Position numbers and translations under genes: made by a program. A DNA stretch of 64,000 nucleotides from a bacterium (GTDB taxonomy: Bacteria; Patescibacteriota; Minisyncoccia; Phycocordibacterales; UBA5272), in NCBI GenBank assembly GCA_043771335.1, contig JAYVHM010000007.1, positions 3,625-67,624 of the forward strand, in the 5' to 3' direction. Shown one piece after another: positions 37,965-47,228 of the stretch. The notes beneath the pieces were generated by a model, which was not told where the DNA came from, searched no databases, and saw nothing but the letters and a program-made list of their open reading frames with translations. Within the stretch, counting starts at the first letter, position 1. Each line of letters opens with the position of its first letter.

Positions 37965-38507
37965 ATGATAAAAGAAAATTTGATAGGAACAAAAGTTCCA
38001 AATGTTACATTTAAAACACGTGTTCGTAATGATACTCTTGGTGGCGAGAATCCATTTGAATGGAAAGACATTACAACCTCTGAGATATTTGATAATAAAA
38101 AAGTTGTAGTGTTTTCTCTTCCTGGAGCATTCACTCCAACATGTTCTACAACTCATGCTCCTGGTTACGATGCAAGATTCGAAGAGTTCAAAGCTCTTGG
38201 TGTTGATACTGTAATCTGCGTGTCTGTTAATGATGCATTCGTTATGTTCCAATGGGCTAAAAATCTAGGACTTAAAAATGTGTTTATGTTACCAGATGGT
38301 AATGGAGAATTTACAAAAGCTATGGGCGCACTCGTAGCTAAAAATAATTTAGGCTTTGGTGATAGATCATGGAGATATAGTATGTTCGTAGATAATGCAG
38401 AAATTAAGAATGTATTTATCGAAGCTGGATTCGGAGATTTATGTGAGACAGATCCATTTGAGGTTTCTGATGCTGACACTATGCTTGCTTATCTTAAGGG
38501 TATTTAA
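37965..38507 (+). CDS. Peroxiredoxin, Prx5-like subfamily
   Basis: PGAFTPTCS peroxidatic-Cys motif, thioredoxin fold. Confidence 0.85.
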   Translation: MIKENLIGTKVPNVTFKTRVRNDTLGGENPFEWKDITTSEIFDNKKVVVFSLPGAFTPTCSTTHAPGYDARFEEFKALGVDTVICVSVNDAFVMFQWAKNLGLKNVFMLPDGNGEFTKAMGALVAKNNLGFGDRSWRYSMFVDNAEIKNVFIEAGFGDLCETDPFEVSDADTMLAYLKGI

Positions 38508-38534
38508 TTTTTTTAAAAAATATAAAGTAAAAAT

Positions 38535-38566
38535 AAAAACTACACAACAGTGTAGTTTTTATTTTC
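38535..38566 (+). terminator. Rho-independent terminator
   Basis: aaaaactacac-aaca-gtgtagttttt. Confidence 0.8.
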
Positions 38567-38609
38567 ATATGAATAGATTTTTATTTCTTAAAGAAGAAAT
38601 TATTTTCTG

Positions 38610-38682
38610 TGGGCGATGAGGGATTCGAACCCCCGACCTTCGCAGTGTAAATGCGCTGCTCTACCAACTGAGCTAATCGCCC
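38610..38682 (-). tRNA. tRNA-Val (TAC)
   Basis: Reverse complement: acceptor gggcgat/atcgccc, D-arm gctcagttggtagagc, anticodon loop ttTACac. Confidence 0.8.
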
Positions 38683-38768
38683 TTTTGGGCTTTCTTTACA
38701 AATAACAAGTAATAATGTATAATATAACTTATATTTTGTATTAACATTATAATACATTTTCACTATCT

Positions 38769-39851
38769 ATGCAAGCAAAAATAAAAAGAACCAATTTGAA
38801 TAAAAAAGACCAAGCAAGGAATATGCGTGGAGTTAGAAAGTATAATGACAAGATTAATTTTATTGTTGCTAATAATATAAAGATAGACGCAGTAGACAAC
38901 AAGAAAACATTAAAAGACATAAAAGGTGACAAAGAGTTTAAGTCTCAAATAGAAGAGAGGAAGAAGAGGGATTTTACTCACACAGAAGATGTTGAAAATA
39001 ATAAAGAGTCTGGTGCAGAGAACCTCGAAGAAAAAGAAAGCAATAATCTAGATGAAAGTCTTTTTGACGATGAGAATGAAGTAAAAATAGAAGTTGATAA
39101 GCCTCCGTATAAGCCAGCATTACCGATGGGAGATTATAAAGATTTTAAATTTGAAATACTTTTTGAAAATGAGAGAATAATGATAATAAACAAATGGCCG
39201 GGCATCATGGTGCATCCAGATGACAGAAATGTAGAAGTTACCTTGTCAGATATAATACATGAAAAATATCCAGAGATAAGAGAAGTGGGTGAATGGGGTA
39301 GACCAGGTATAGTGCACAGATTAGACAGGAACACTACTGGAGTGTTGATAATATGTAAGACGGCAGATAGTTACAAGGATATGAAGAATATTTTCCGTGA
39401 GCACAAAATCAGAAAAGTTTATAGAGCAATAGTGGAAGGGAATGTTCGTGATGACATGGGAATAATAGATAAGCCAATGGCGAGATCGAGAAGTGATTTT
39501 AGAAAAAAGTCTGTGCTTGATATGTATAGTAAAGATTTTCGTGGTGAAGAGAGAAGTGCGATAACAAGATACAAAGTATTAGCCAGAAGCGCTGATAAAA
39601 AGTTTACTTACGTTGAACTGTATCCATTAACAGGACGCACTCATCAATTACGTGTGCATATGCGTGCTATCAGACACCCCATAGTTGGTGATGATTTGTA
39701 TGGATCAGTAAAAGGAGCTAGCCTGGCCCCAAGGAGTATGTTACATGCTTACAAAATAGAGTTTACTCTCAGAAAACAAGAAATAAAAGTAGAAAGTAAA
39801 ATACCAGAAGACATGAAAACAGAAGTTGATAAATATTTCAAAATATGTTAA
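38769..39851 (+). CDS. RluA-family pseudouridine synthase with about 125-aa K/E-rich N-terminal extension
   Basis: HRLDRNTTGVL and THQLRVH catalytic motifs. Confidence 0.8.
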   Translation: MQAKIKRTNLNKKDQARNMRGVRKYNDKINFIVANNIKIDAVDNKKTLKDIKGDKEFKSQIEERKKRDFTHTEDVENNKESGAENLEEKESNNLDESLFDDENEVKIEVDKPPYKPALPMGDYKDFKFEILFENERIMIINKWPGIMVHPDDRNVEVTLSDIIHEKYPEIREVGEWGRPGIVHRLDRNTTGVLIICKTADSYKDMKNIFREHKIRKVYRAIVEGNVRDDMGIIDKPMARSRSDFRKKSVLDMYSKDFRGEERSAITRYKVLARSADKKFTYVELYPLTGRTHQLRVHMRAIRHPIVGDDLYGSVKGASLAPRSMLHAYKIEFTLRKQEIKVESKIPEDMKTEVDKYFKIC

Positions 39852-39899
39852 TATGTAGGAACTAATTAAATCTTAATTAACAGTAATCAAAATATCACT

Positions 39900-40331
39900 A
39901 TGTCAGAAGAAATCTTAAATACAGAAGTAAAAGTAAATACAACAGTACCAACAAATATACCAGAAGCCTTAAAAGGAAGAGCTGATATAGAGTTTGGTAG
40001 TGGTGACACTATAAAAGTAACTAGCAAAATCAAAGAAGCTAACGGTAAGACTCGTCTTCAAGCTTTTGAAGGACTTTGCCTTGCCAGAAAGCACGGTAAT
40101 GAAGTTGGTGGAACTTTTACAATTAGAAAAGTTGCTAGTGGTGTAGGAGTAGAGAGAATATTTCCACTTTACAGCGCTAACATAGATAAGATAGAAGTGA
40201 TAAGACATGCTAAGACTCGTAAATCAAAATTATACTATGTTCGTGACAAAGCTATGCGTGATGTTCGTAGAAAATTAAAAGCAGATGACTTCAAAGGTGA
40301 AGAGAGAACAGAAGAGGCTCCAGACGCATAA
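39900..40331 (+). CDS. rplS: 50S ribosomal protein L19 (with N- and C-terminal extensions)
   Basis: GDTIKV..FEG..TFT.RK...GVGVERIFPL.S..I..IEV.R, AKLYYVR-like KSKLYYVR. Confidence 0.85.
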   Translation: MSEEILNTEVKVNTTVPTNIPEALKGRADIEFGSGDTIKVTSKIKEANGKTRLQAFEGLCLARKHGNEVGGTFTIRKVASGVGVERIFPLYSANIDKIEVIRHAKTRKSKLYYVRDKAMRDVRRKLKADDFKGEERTEEAPDA

Positions 40332-40346
40332 TTTAAAATAATAAAA

Positions 40347-40378
40347 TAAAAACTCTAATTTAAAAATTAGAGTTTTTA
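40347..40378 (+). terminator. Rho-independent terminator
   Basis: aactctaat-ttaaaa-attagagtt then ttttt. Confidence 0.7.
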
Positions 40379-40386
40379 TTTTCTTG

Positions 40387-40468
40387 TGCCCAAGAGAGGA
40401 TTTGAACCTCCATGAGTTGCCTCGCTACCACCTCAAGGTAGTGCGTCTACCAATTTCGCCACCTGGGC
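40387..40468 (-). tRNA. tRNA-Leu (GAG), type II
   Basis: Reverse complement: acceptor gcccagg/cttgggc, anticodon loop ttGAGgt, long variable arm. Confidence 0.8.
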
Positions 40469-40498
40469 ATATTTTAAACTTTGTCTTTACAAAATTTT

Positions 40499-40545
40499 AG
40501 TGCGTCTACCGCTACTAATTTTTTTGCGCCACCTGGGCATATTTT
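40499..40545 (-). repeat. Degenerate duplicate of promoter-proximal 5' portion of tRNA-Leu(GAG)
   Basis: agtgcgtctacc...gcgccacctgggcatatttt repeats gtagtgcgtctacc..cgccacctgggcatatttt of the adjacent tRNA, with an insertion. Confidence 0.65.
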
Positions 40546-40577
40546 CTACTTGAACCTTCTAATTATATCACAAATTA

Positions 40578-40586
40578 TGTTATAAT
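40578..40586 (+). promoter_or_regulatory. TGTTATAAT extended -10 element positioned for leaderless transcript of the hypothetical-rodA operon
   Basis: -10 ends 6 nt before ATG 40593. Confidence 0.5.
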
Positions 40587-40592
40587 TAAAAT

Positions 40593-41435
40593 ATGGAAAC
40601 AGAAATTAATAATGTTGAAAATAACATAAATCTAGAAAAAGAAAATGACTGGAACAGTAAGAGAAGAATATATTATGTTTCTGGTATTTTGTTTTTATTA
40701 GCTTCTTTTATTTTTTATAAATCTTATGATTACATATTCCCAGCACCAACATGTTTTGATAAAAAACAAAATAGCACAGAAGTAGGCATAGATTGCGGAG
40801 GGTCTTGTGAATTAATGTGTAAGGACACTTATGTTCCGCTAGAGATTAAGCTCGCCAAAGCCTTCAGAGCTGGATTATCAGAAAAAGATAATAAGCAAGC
40901 TTATGATTTTCTGATATTATTAGATAATAAAAATATAAAGTTATCACCAAAAAAGCTAACAGTTAATATAGATATATATGGTAGTGATGGAAATAAATTA
41001 GACACTATAAAAAAAGAGTTAACACCAAGCACCTTTAAGCAAATACCAGTGTTAATAAATAATTATACTTTGCCAGACAGTATAGAAAAAAATATTTATA
41101 TCACTAAGTTATTTATATCATTAGATAATTATGACATGTACCACACTGTTGGCGCTTATGATGTCAGATTATTAGATTACAAATTTGAAGACAGTAATAC
41201 CCCAAAATTAAATCTAGCTTACACCTCACCATACAAAGAAATAGTAAAAGACAATATAACACTCTTAGTACTTTTAAAAGACGCGCTGGATAATGTAATT
41301 GGTTACAATAAAAAAGATATAAATGCTTTGTATCCAGAAAAGAAAATAGAGTTAGACCTCTCTTGGAAAGAGAGTGTTGGTATTCCGGTTAAGAATATAG
41401 AGATGATACCAATGTCTTATCTTTTCTATAAATAA
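40593..41435 (+). CDS. Hypothetical membrane-anchored protein (co-operonic with rodA/ftsW)
   Basis: N-terminal TM helix, 4-Cys cluster CFDKK..CGGSCELMC; stop 1 nt before next start. Confidence 0.5.
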   Translation: METEINNVENNINLEKENDWNSKRRIYYVSGILFLLASFIFYKSYDYIFPAPTCFDKKQNSTEVGIDCGGSCELMCKDTYVPLEIKLAKAFRAGLSEKDNKQAYDFLILLDNKNIKLSPKKLTVNIDIYGSDGNKLDTIKKELTPSTFKQIPVLINNYTLPDSIEKNIYITKLFISLDNYDMYHTVGAYDVRLLDYKFEDSNTPKLNLAYTSPYKEIVKDNITLLVLLKDALDNVIGYNKKDINALYPEKKIELDLSWKESVGIPVKNIEMIPMSYLFYK

Positions 41436-41436
41436 C

Positions 41437-42561
41437 ATGAAATCTCTTTATTTTTTTAAAAAAGTAGATTTTATACTTTTATTTTCTTTTTTATTTATAG
41501 CATTATTTGGACTTGCCACTATGTCTAGTTTTGATTCGGGTAATAATTTCTTTTATAGACAGATGACTTGGATTGGACTTGGAACTTTTTTATTTCTATT
41601 TTTATCTAGGTTAGATTTTTCTTTTTTAAAAAATACGAGAAGTGTAGTATTTTTATATCTTATAACTAACACATTACTTATTGCTACTTTATTTTTTGGG
41701 TCTACTATTAATGGTTCAAAGGCCTGGATTAACTTTGGAGGATTTTCTCTTCAGGCTGCGGACTTTGCAAAGCTGTCGCTCATTATATTATTGGCCAAAT
41801 ACTTTTCAAAGAGGCATATAGAAATAAAATACATAAGGCATATCGTAGTATCTTTTATTTACACTGCTATACCTGTTGGTGTGACTTTACTGCAGCCAGA
41901 CTTTGGATCTGCCATGGTAATGCTCTTAATCTGGTTTATTATGGTTTTTATGTCTGGCCTTTCAAAAACTCACTTTTTTTCTATGTGTGCTATTGGGATT
42001 TTTACTTTGGCCATACTTTGGACTAGTGTTTTCAAAGATTATCAAAAAGAGAGATTACTTAATTTTGTGGATCCACTGCGTGACATACGTGGCAGTGGTT
42101 ATAATGTATTTCAGTCGGAGATAGCAGTAGGTTCGGGTGGCTTGTATGGAAAAGGTGTAGGGTATGGCACTCAATCACGTCTTAACTTTTTACCTGAGCA
42201 TGAGACAGATTTTATATTTGCAGCTTTTGCTGAGGAGTGGGGATTCATAGGGTCTCTTATTTTGATGGGATTATTTTTGGCTATACTACTAAGAACGCTC
42301 TTTATAGCCAGCAGTCAGAATGATAACTTTTTTGCTTTGATTAGTATTGGGGTTTTTGCTTGGATATTCATACATAGCGTTATTAACATCGGAATGAATA
42401 TAGGATCGCTGCCTGTTACTGGTATACCATTACCATTTATGTCATATGGTGGTTCACACTTTTTGGCTGAGTGTATGGCACTTGGTATTATTGCTTCTTT
42501 CAATTTAAATAAGTTTAATATTAAAAAGAATTATAAAAATGAGTTTTTAGGGTTAGAATAA
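41437..42561 (+). CDS. SEDS-family peptidoglycan glycosyltransferase (RodA/FtsW)
   Basis: QPDFGSA, DFIFAAF, LP.TG.PLPFMSYGGS motifs, 10 TM helices. Confidence 0.85.
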   Translation: MKSLYFFKKVDFILLFSFLFIALFGLATMSSFDSGNNFFYRQMTWIGLGTFLFLFLSRLDFSFLKNTRSVVFLYLITNTLLIATLFFGSTINGSKAWINFGGFSLQAADFAKLSLIILLAKYFSKRHIEIKYIRHIVVSFIYTAIPVGVTLLQPDFGSAMVMLLIWFIMVFMSGLSKTHFFSMCAIGIFTLAILWTSVFKDYQKERLLNFVDPLRDIRGSGYNVFQSEIAVGSGGLYGKGVGYGTQSRLNFLPEHETDFIFAAFAEEWGFIGSLILMGLFLAILLRTLFIASSQNDNFFALISIGVFAWIFIHSVINIGMNIGSLPVTGIPLPFMSYGGSHFLAECMALGIIASFNLNKFNIKKNYKNEFLGLE

Positions 42562-42604
42562 TTACTCTTTTAAATTAGCAAAAACTTTCTATTTTAATTC
42601 TTTA

Positions 42605-42636
42605 AATAAGCTTTATTTTTAAAGCTTATTTTTCAA
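42605..42636 (+). terminator. AT-rich rho-independent terminator
   Basis: aaataagcttt-attttt-aaagcttattt 11-bp perfect stem then tttt. Confidence 0.6.
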
Positions 42637-42665
42637 CAGTTTTGAAAGTCTCTAAAAGTCGTCTA

Positions 42666-42693
42666 TTGACAAAAGATATAATTAGTATATAAT
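42666..42693 (+). promoter_or_regulatory. Canonical sigma70-type promoter (TTGACA-16 nt-TATAAT) for the GC-rich lipoprotein gene
   Basis: ttgaca aaagatataattagta tataat. Confidence 0.5.
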
Positions 42694-42784
42694 ATATACA
42701 TAGTCAAAACAAGATAATCCTATCAAGTTTTGATCCCATTTCATTCACTTAACTTTAGGAAGCTTAGCTTCCAGAAAGACAATC

Positions 42785-43375
42785 ATGATCCGCTCATTTA
42801 TTTCTGCTTCTATTATTGCCGTTTCTGTTTTTGTTACTGGCTGCGCCGGAACACAACAGTATCAACTTCCTGGCGCTGTTGCAAATGCGGTGAACAATCG
42901 CATCGCTCGCGCCATCGATCCACAATATCAACCAGAAGCTCAAGTTAGCTCACAGTCACAAGGTAGTAACCCTTGTCCTCGTGGCGTATTAACTGGCTGG
43001 CAAGGTAGTCGTCCCATTTGTGCTTTAGGTCAACAAGCTAGTTCCCAAAACCAAACACAGCAGCAACCTCAACAGCAAAGCAACAACCCTTGTCCACAAG
43101 GTAAACTCACTGGCTGGCAAGGTAATCGCCCCGTCTGTCAGTTATCTGGCAGTCAGCAGGGAGGCACATTGTATCAGCCTCAACAGCAGCAGCAATATCA
43201 AGCACCAAAGCCAGTGGGTTACGCTCCTGCAAATAATTTATTTGCAGGTTGCGCTCCTGGTCAGTATAACTACAACGGTGCGTGTTATGCCAGCCAGCAG
43301 ACACAGGCTCCATCAATAGCTGGTTCTGCTTGCAGAACAGTTAATACTGTTTACGGTCCACGTCAGCAATGCTGA
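42785..43375 (+). CDS. Q-rich lipoprotein with internal repeat; compositionally foreign (about 50% GC)
   Basis: Signal peptide plus lipobox VTGC; tandem motif NPCP(R/Q)G.LTGWQG.RP.C.L twice; TGA stop; GC far above window background. Confidence 0.6.
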   Translation: MIRSFISASIIAVSVFVTGCAGTQQYQLPGAVANAVNNRIARAIDPQYQPEAQVSSQSQGSNPCPRGVLTGWQGSRPICALGQQASSQNQTQQQPQQQSNNPCPQGKLTGWQGNRPVCQLSGSQQGGTLYQPQQQQQYQAPKPVGYAPANNLFAGCAPGQYNYNGACYASQQTQAPSIAGSACRTVNTVYGPRQQC

Positions 43376-43476
43376 TGTAAACTTCCAAGATTTTATAAAT
43401 TAATTTTTATAAACTTGGGAGTTTTTTTTATTTATATATTTTAAATAAAAAATAATTTAAGTAGTTTACAAATATA

Positions 43477-44052
43477 TTATTTGCCACTTAAAATCTTGAG
43501 TCCTTCTTTTATAAAATCATTCATAGATAATTCAGGATGCAGATTAGAAAGAGCCGAAGATATATCTCTGGTATTATAACCAAGAGTTTCAAGTGCCAGC
43601 TTAGCGTTCTTCATCTCATCTGTATCATTTTCAAAAGCAACATGGTCAAACTTTCCACGCAGGTCTAGTATCATTTTCTCTAAAGTTTTTTTACCTATGC
43701 CGGGAGTCTTTGGAAAATTATCAGCTGAACCACTTTCAATAGCACGTATTATAGTGTTAGGAGTAGCGATGGAAAGCATGGTGAGGGCAGATTTTGGTCC
43801 TACGCCACTGACACTGGTTAATTTTTTAAAGAGGTCCTTTTCGTTATTATTTTCAAAACCAAAAAGAGTTATCTGGTCTTCGCGAACATGAGTATGCACT
43901 GGTATACTTATAATGTCTTCTAATTTTAATTTTAGGAGAAAAGAAAGAGGTAATAGTAATTCATAACCAACACCAGATTGGCTATCCCCAACTTCTATTA
44001 TAATGCTTTTATCATCTATGTTTATGACTTTTCCTTTTAAATTACCTATCAT
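43477..44052 (-). CDS. ruvA: Holliday junction DNA helicase RuvA
   Basis: MIGNLKGKV N-terminus, OB and HhH domains, C-terminal domain III. Confidence 0.85.
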   Translation of the reverse strand: MIGNLKGKVINIDDKSIIIEVGDSQSGVGYELLLPLSFLLKLKLEDIISIPVHTHVREDQITLFGFENNNEKDLFKKLTSVSGVGPKSALTMLSIATPNTIIRAIESGSADNFPKTPGIGKKTLEKMILDLRGKFDHVAFENDTDEMKNAKLALETLGYNTRDISSALSNLHPELSMNDFIKEGLKILSGK

Positions 44053-44221
44053 TTTTTTATTTTTATTATATAAATTATAGCATAAAAATTACTTTTTATT
44101 TTAATTTATATAGTTTTCTTAGTAAGTTTTAGACTTGCATAATCATAATTTTTAATGTAGTATAAGGAGCATACTAGATGATTTTGTCTAGGTATATTCT
44201 TTTACTTAACAGGAGTAGATC

Positions 44222-44740
44222 ATGGAAATCTTAACGCCTTGTCGATATTTGGCCGATATGCCAGGGAAGCTGGCTGTATTTTTACATATGGATATGTTGT
44301 CAGCCACAGAAAAAGATGCAATATTGCAAGCACTCATCACTAACAAAGATAATATCTTTCCTACGGATAGTGTCTGGAAAAGATTACAAAAAGACTTGAT
44401 CTTTAAAATTGATTACACTAATATCGAAAATAAAGATGTGATTAACAATGTTGCTGTGGGACAATATGACAATAGAGAAAATCTCTCAGTTCATGAGAAA
44501 AATCATCAGTGGAGGTTACACCATATGTATAGCTCTCATCTCAATATCTTTATTTCTGGAGGTGGAAATGGGGAAAGAGGAAGTCAAAATCTTTATGATT
44601 TTGGTCTATATTCTGGTTATGCTCAAGCTGATTTAGATATGAGAGATAGGCTGGTCTTTGGAAAAATGGAAGAGACTGACAATCCGTTAGGTGTAGCGAA
44701 AGAAATAGCTAAGTTTCTTTCTGATTTAGAATCTGAGTAA
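44222..44740 (+). CDS. Hypothetical protein
   Basis: 172-aa ORF; slightly elevated GC; no motif recognised. Confidence 0.45.
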   Translation: MEILTPCRYLADMPGKLAVFLHMDMLSATEKDAILQALITNKDNIFPTDSVWKRLQKDLIFKIDYTNIENKDVINNVAVGQYDNRENLSVHEKNHQWRLHHMYSSHLNIFISGGGNGERGSQNLYDFGLYSGYAQADLDMRDRLVFGKMEETDNPLGVAKEIAKFLSDLESE

Positions 44741-44891
44741 GAGTAAGTGTGATATAAATATATAATACTCGTAGTGATTACGGGTATTTTTTATGAGAGG
44801 AATCTTTGCAAAAATATGAAAAATGTGTTAATATGTGTATATCAATAAAGTGTCTAGGTGAGTATTAAAAAAATAACAAAATATAAAAAAT

Positions 44892-45155
44892 ATGGCAATA
44901 ACAAAATCAGCTAAAAAAGCATTACGTGTATCAGATAGAAAACGCGTAGTAAATGACAGACTTAAAAAGACAATGAAGGCAGAAGTAAAATCTGTTCGTA
45001 CTAAAGTATCTAAAAAAGTAGCTGTAACTGTAGCTGACCTTGGTCTTGCTTTTAAAGCATTAGATAAAGCAGCAAAAAGAGGCACTATCAAAAAAGGACA
45101 AGCTGACAGAAAGAAAAGCAGATTAGCAAAAGCTGTCGCAAAGGTTTCAAAATAA
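44892..45155 (+). CDS. rpsT: 30S ribosomal protein S20
   Basis: MAITKSAKKALRVSDRKR N-terminus, K/A/R-rich 87 aa. Confidence 0.85.
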   Translation: MAITKSAKKALRVSDRKRVVNDRLKKTMKAEVKSVRTKVSKKVAVTVADLGLAFKALDKAAKRGTIKKGQADRKKSRLAKAVAKVSK

Positions 45156-45159
45156 AGAT

Positions 45160-45184
45160 AAGGCGAGGCTTTGCCTCGCCTTTA
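45160..45184 (+). terminator. Rho-independent terminator after rpsT
   Basis: aaggcgaggc-tttg-cctcgcctt. Confidence 0.5.
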
Positions 45185-45187
45185 AAT

Positions 45188-45259
45188 GCTCTCGTAGTTC
45201 AATGGATAGAATATGGGTTTGCGGTACCCACGATGTAGGTTCGATTCCTACCGAGAGCA
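45188..45259 (+). tRNA. tRNA-Arg (GCG as read)
   Basis: Acceptor gctctcg/cgagagc, D-loop aatggata, anticodon stem tgggt/accca with loop ttGCGgt, T-loop ttcgatt. Confidence 0.7.
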
Positions 45260-45267
45260 CAAAATAT

Positions 45268-47160
45268 ATGAGCAATAAAAAAATAGAAAACAAATTAAAA
45301 AATAAAGTTGAGGGTTCAAAGTTTATAAAAAACTTTAAAAACTTTTTTATTAATTGGTGGTTAACTATTATTTTGATATTGGGGCTTTTTGTTTACCCTT
45401 ACTTTTCTAACAAAACAGAAGTTAAGAATAATATAAATATATCAGAGATACCTGTACTCATAAAAGAAAATAAAGTATCAGAGATAAAAGTTTTAGGTGA
45501 CAAATTAGAAATCATCTCAGGCACTACAACATACACTAGTAAAAAAGAAAATGGAGTTAGTGTTGTTGAGACACTGCACGACTTTGGAGTCTCTACTAGT
45601 AGTGTGTCTAATATAAAAATAAATATTTTAGAAGAAGCTTCTTGGAAGGGATACTTAGGGTTATTCGGATTGCTTTTACCTATATTATTTCTAGTACTAA
45701 TGATATTCATGCTCATGCGTAGTGTGAAGGGGGCAAATATGGGAGCTCTTTCTTTTGGGAACACTAGAGCAAAGAAAATAATGCCAGATGATAAAAATGC
45801 ATTGGTGACTTTTGCTGATGTGGCCGGAGCAAAAGTGGCAAAACAAGAATTAGAAGAGATAGTAGAATTTTTAAAGAAGCCAGAAAAGTTTTTAGAAATA
45901 GGAGCCGTAATACCAAAGGGAGTGCTTATGACTGGTGCACCAGGAACTGGTAAGACATTGCTCGCGCGCGCAGTAGCAGGTGAAGCTAAGGTGCCATTCT
46001 TCCACTTGTCTGGGTCAGAATTCGTAGAGATGTTCGTGGGTGTTGGAGCGTCACGCGTGCGTGATCTTTTCAATGAAGCAAAAAAATCAGCACCAGCTAT
46101 TATTTTTATAGACGAGATAGATAGCATTGGTCGCAGTCGTGGAGTGGGTCAAGGCGGAGGTAATGATGAGCGTGAGCAGACATTGAATCAGATATTAGTT
46201 GAGATGGATGGCTTTGAGAAAACTGAAAAAGTTATAGTTATGGCAGCGACTAATAGATCAGATGTATTAGACACAGCATTGCTTCGTCCTGGTAGATTCG
46301 ATAGACACATAATCATAGACTTACCAGACAGGACAGAGAGAAAAGAGATATTAGAAGTTCATATTAAAAATAAAAAATTAGAAAATAATATTAACTTAGA
46401 ATTAGTAGCAACTCGTACGCCAGGATTCTCAGGAGCAGAATTAGCATCACTTATAAATGAATCAGCAATACAAGCAGTAAGAGATAATAGAAAAGAAATC
46501 ACTCAAGCTGATATATTAAAAAGTATAGAAAAAGTTATGCTCGGAGCTGAAAGAAAAAGTCACCTTATGGGAGAAAAAGAAAAAAAATTAGTAGCTTATC
46601 ATGAAGCAGGGCATGCATTAGTTGCTGCAGTATTGCCAAATGCTGACCCCGTGCACAAAATATCAATTATCAGTCGAGGTAGCGCTGGAGGGTATACTTT
46701 AAAATTACCAACAGATGAGAGAAGGTTAACTAATAAGTTAGTATTTGAAGATGATATAGCTATGACTTTTGGTGGCTATGCTGCTGAAGAGTTGATAGAG
46801 GGTGTAACTAGTACTGGTCCATCGTCAGACATAGAGCAAGCCACAGCAATGGCACGCGCCATGGTAACACGTTATGGTATGAGTGAACTTGTAGGTCCTA
46901 TAGCTATAGAGTCAGATAGAAATATATTATCTTATGGAAGAAGTGGAGGAGACAAGATATATAGCGAGGAATTTAATAAAATAGTAGATAGCGAAATAAA
47001 AAGAATAGTAGAAGAAGGGAGAGATAAGGCAAGGGTTGTAGTGCGTGAATACAGAGCAGTGTTAGATGCTATAGTTGCAGAGCTTTTAGAAAAAGAAAAT
47101 CTAGAGCGTGATGACTTTGAGAAGATATTAAAAGATTTTAATATACCCATAAAGAAATAA
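45268..47160 (+). CDS. ftsH: ATP-dependent zinc metalloprotease FtsH
   Basis: TM helices, AAA Walker [18 protein letters not shown] zinc site; start taken as ATG 45268 just after tRNA-Arg. Confidence 0.9.
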   Translation: MSNKKIENKLKNKVEGSKFIKNFKNFFINWWLTIILILGLFVYPYFSNKTEVKNNINISEIPVLIKENKVSEIKVLGDKLEIISGTTTYTSKKENGVSVVETLHDFGVSTSSVSNIKINILEEASWKGYLGLFGLLLPILFLVLMIFMLMRSVKGANMGALSFGNTRAKKIMPDDKNALVTFADVAGAKVAKQELEEIVEFLKKPEKFLEIGAVIPKGVLMTGAPGTGKTLLARAVAGEAKVPFFHLSGSEFVEMFVGVGASRVRDLFNEAKKSAPAIIFIDEIDSIGRSRGVGQGGGNDEREQTLNQILVEMDGFEKTEKVIVMAATNRSDVLDTALLRPGRFDRHIIIDLPDRTERKEILEVHIKNKKLENNINLELVATRTPGFSGAELASLINESAIQAVRDNRKEITQADILKSIEKVMLGAERKSHLMGEKEKKLVAYHEAGHALVAAVLPNADPVHKISIISRGSAGGYTLKLPTDERRLTNKLVFEDDIAMTFGGYAAEELIEGVTSTGPSSDIEQATAMARAMVTRYGMSELVGPIAIESDRNILSYGRSGGDKIYSEEFNKIVDSEIKRIVEEGRDKARVVVREYRAVLDAIVAELLEKENLERDDFEKILKDFNIPIKK

Positions 47161-47189
47161 TTATAAAAAATTAAAAATAAGCAAAAATA

Positions 47190-47218
47190 AAAAGCGTAAT
47201 GATTACGCTTTTTTTTGT
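47190..47218 (+). terminator. Bidirectional rho-independent terminator
   Basis: aaaaagcgtaa-tga-ttacgctttttttt. Confidence 0.8.
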
Positions 47219-47228
47219 TAATTAAAAC

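Noticed and set aside
38581-38763. 60-aa ORF on the minus strand
   Set aside because: Overlaps tRNA-Val; spurious.
42730-42948. 72-aa ORF overlapping the lipoprotein gene in another frame
   Set aside because: The out-of-frame overlap with the much longer, signal-peptide-bearing ORF is explained by the GC-rich composition; not called.
43376-43476. Possible terminator after the lipoprotein gene (cttccaag...cttgggag + T9)
   Set aside because: The stem is interrupted by a 24-nt AT loop; the T tract is convincing but the hairpin is weak. Left uncalled.
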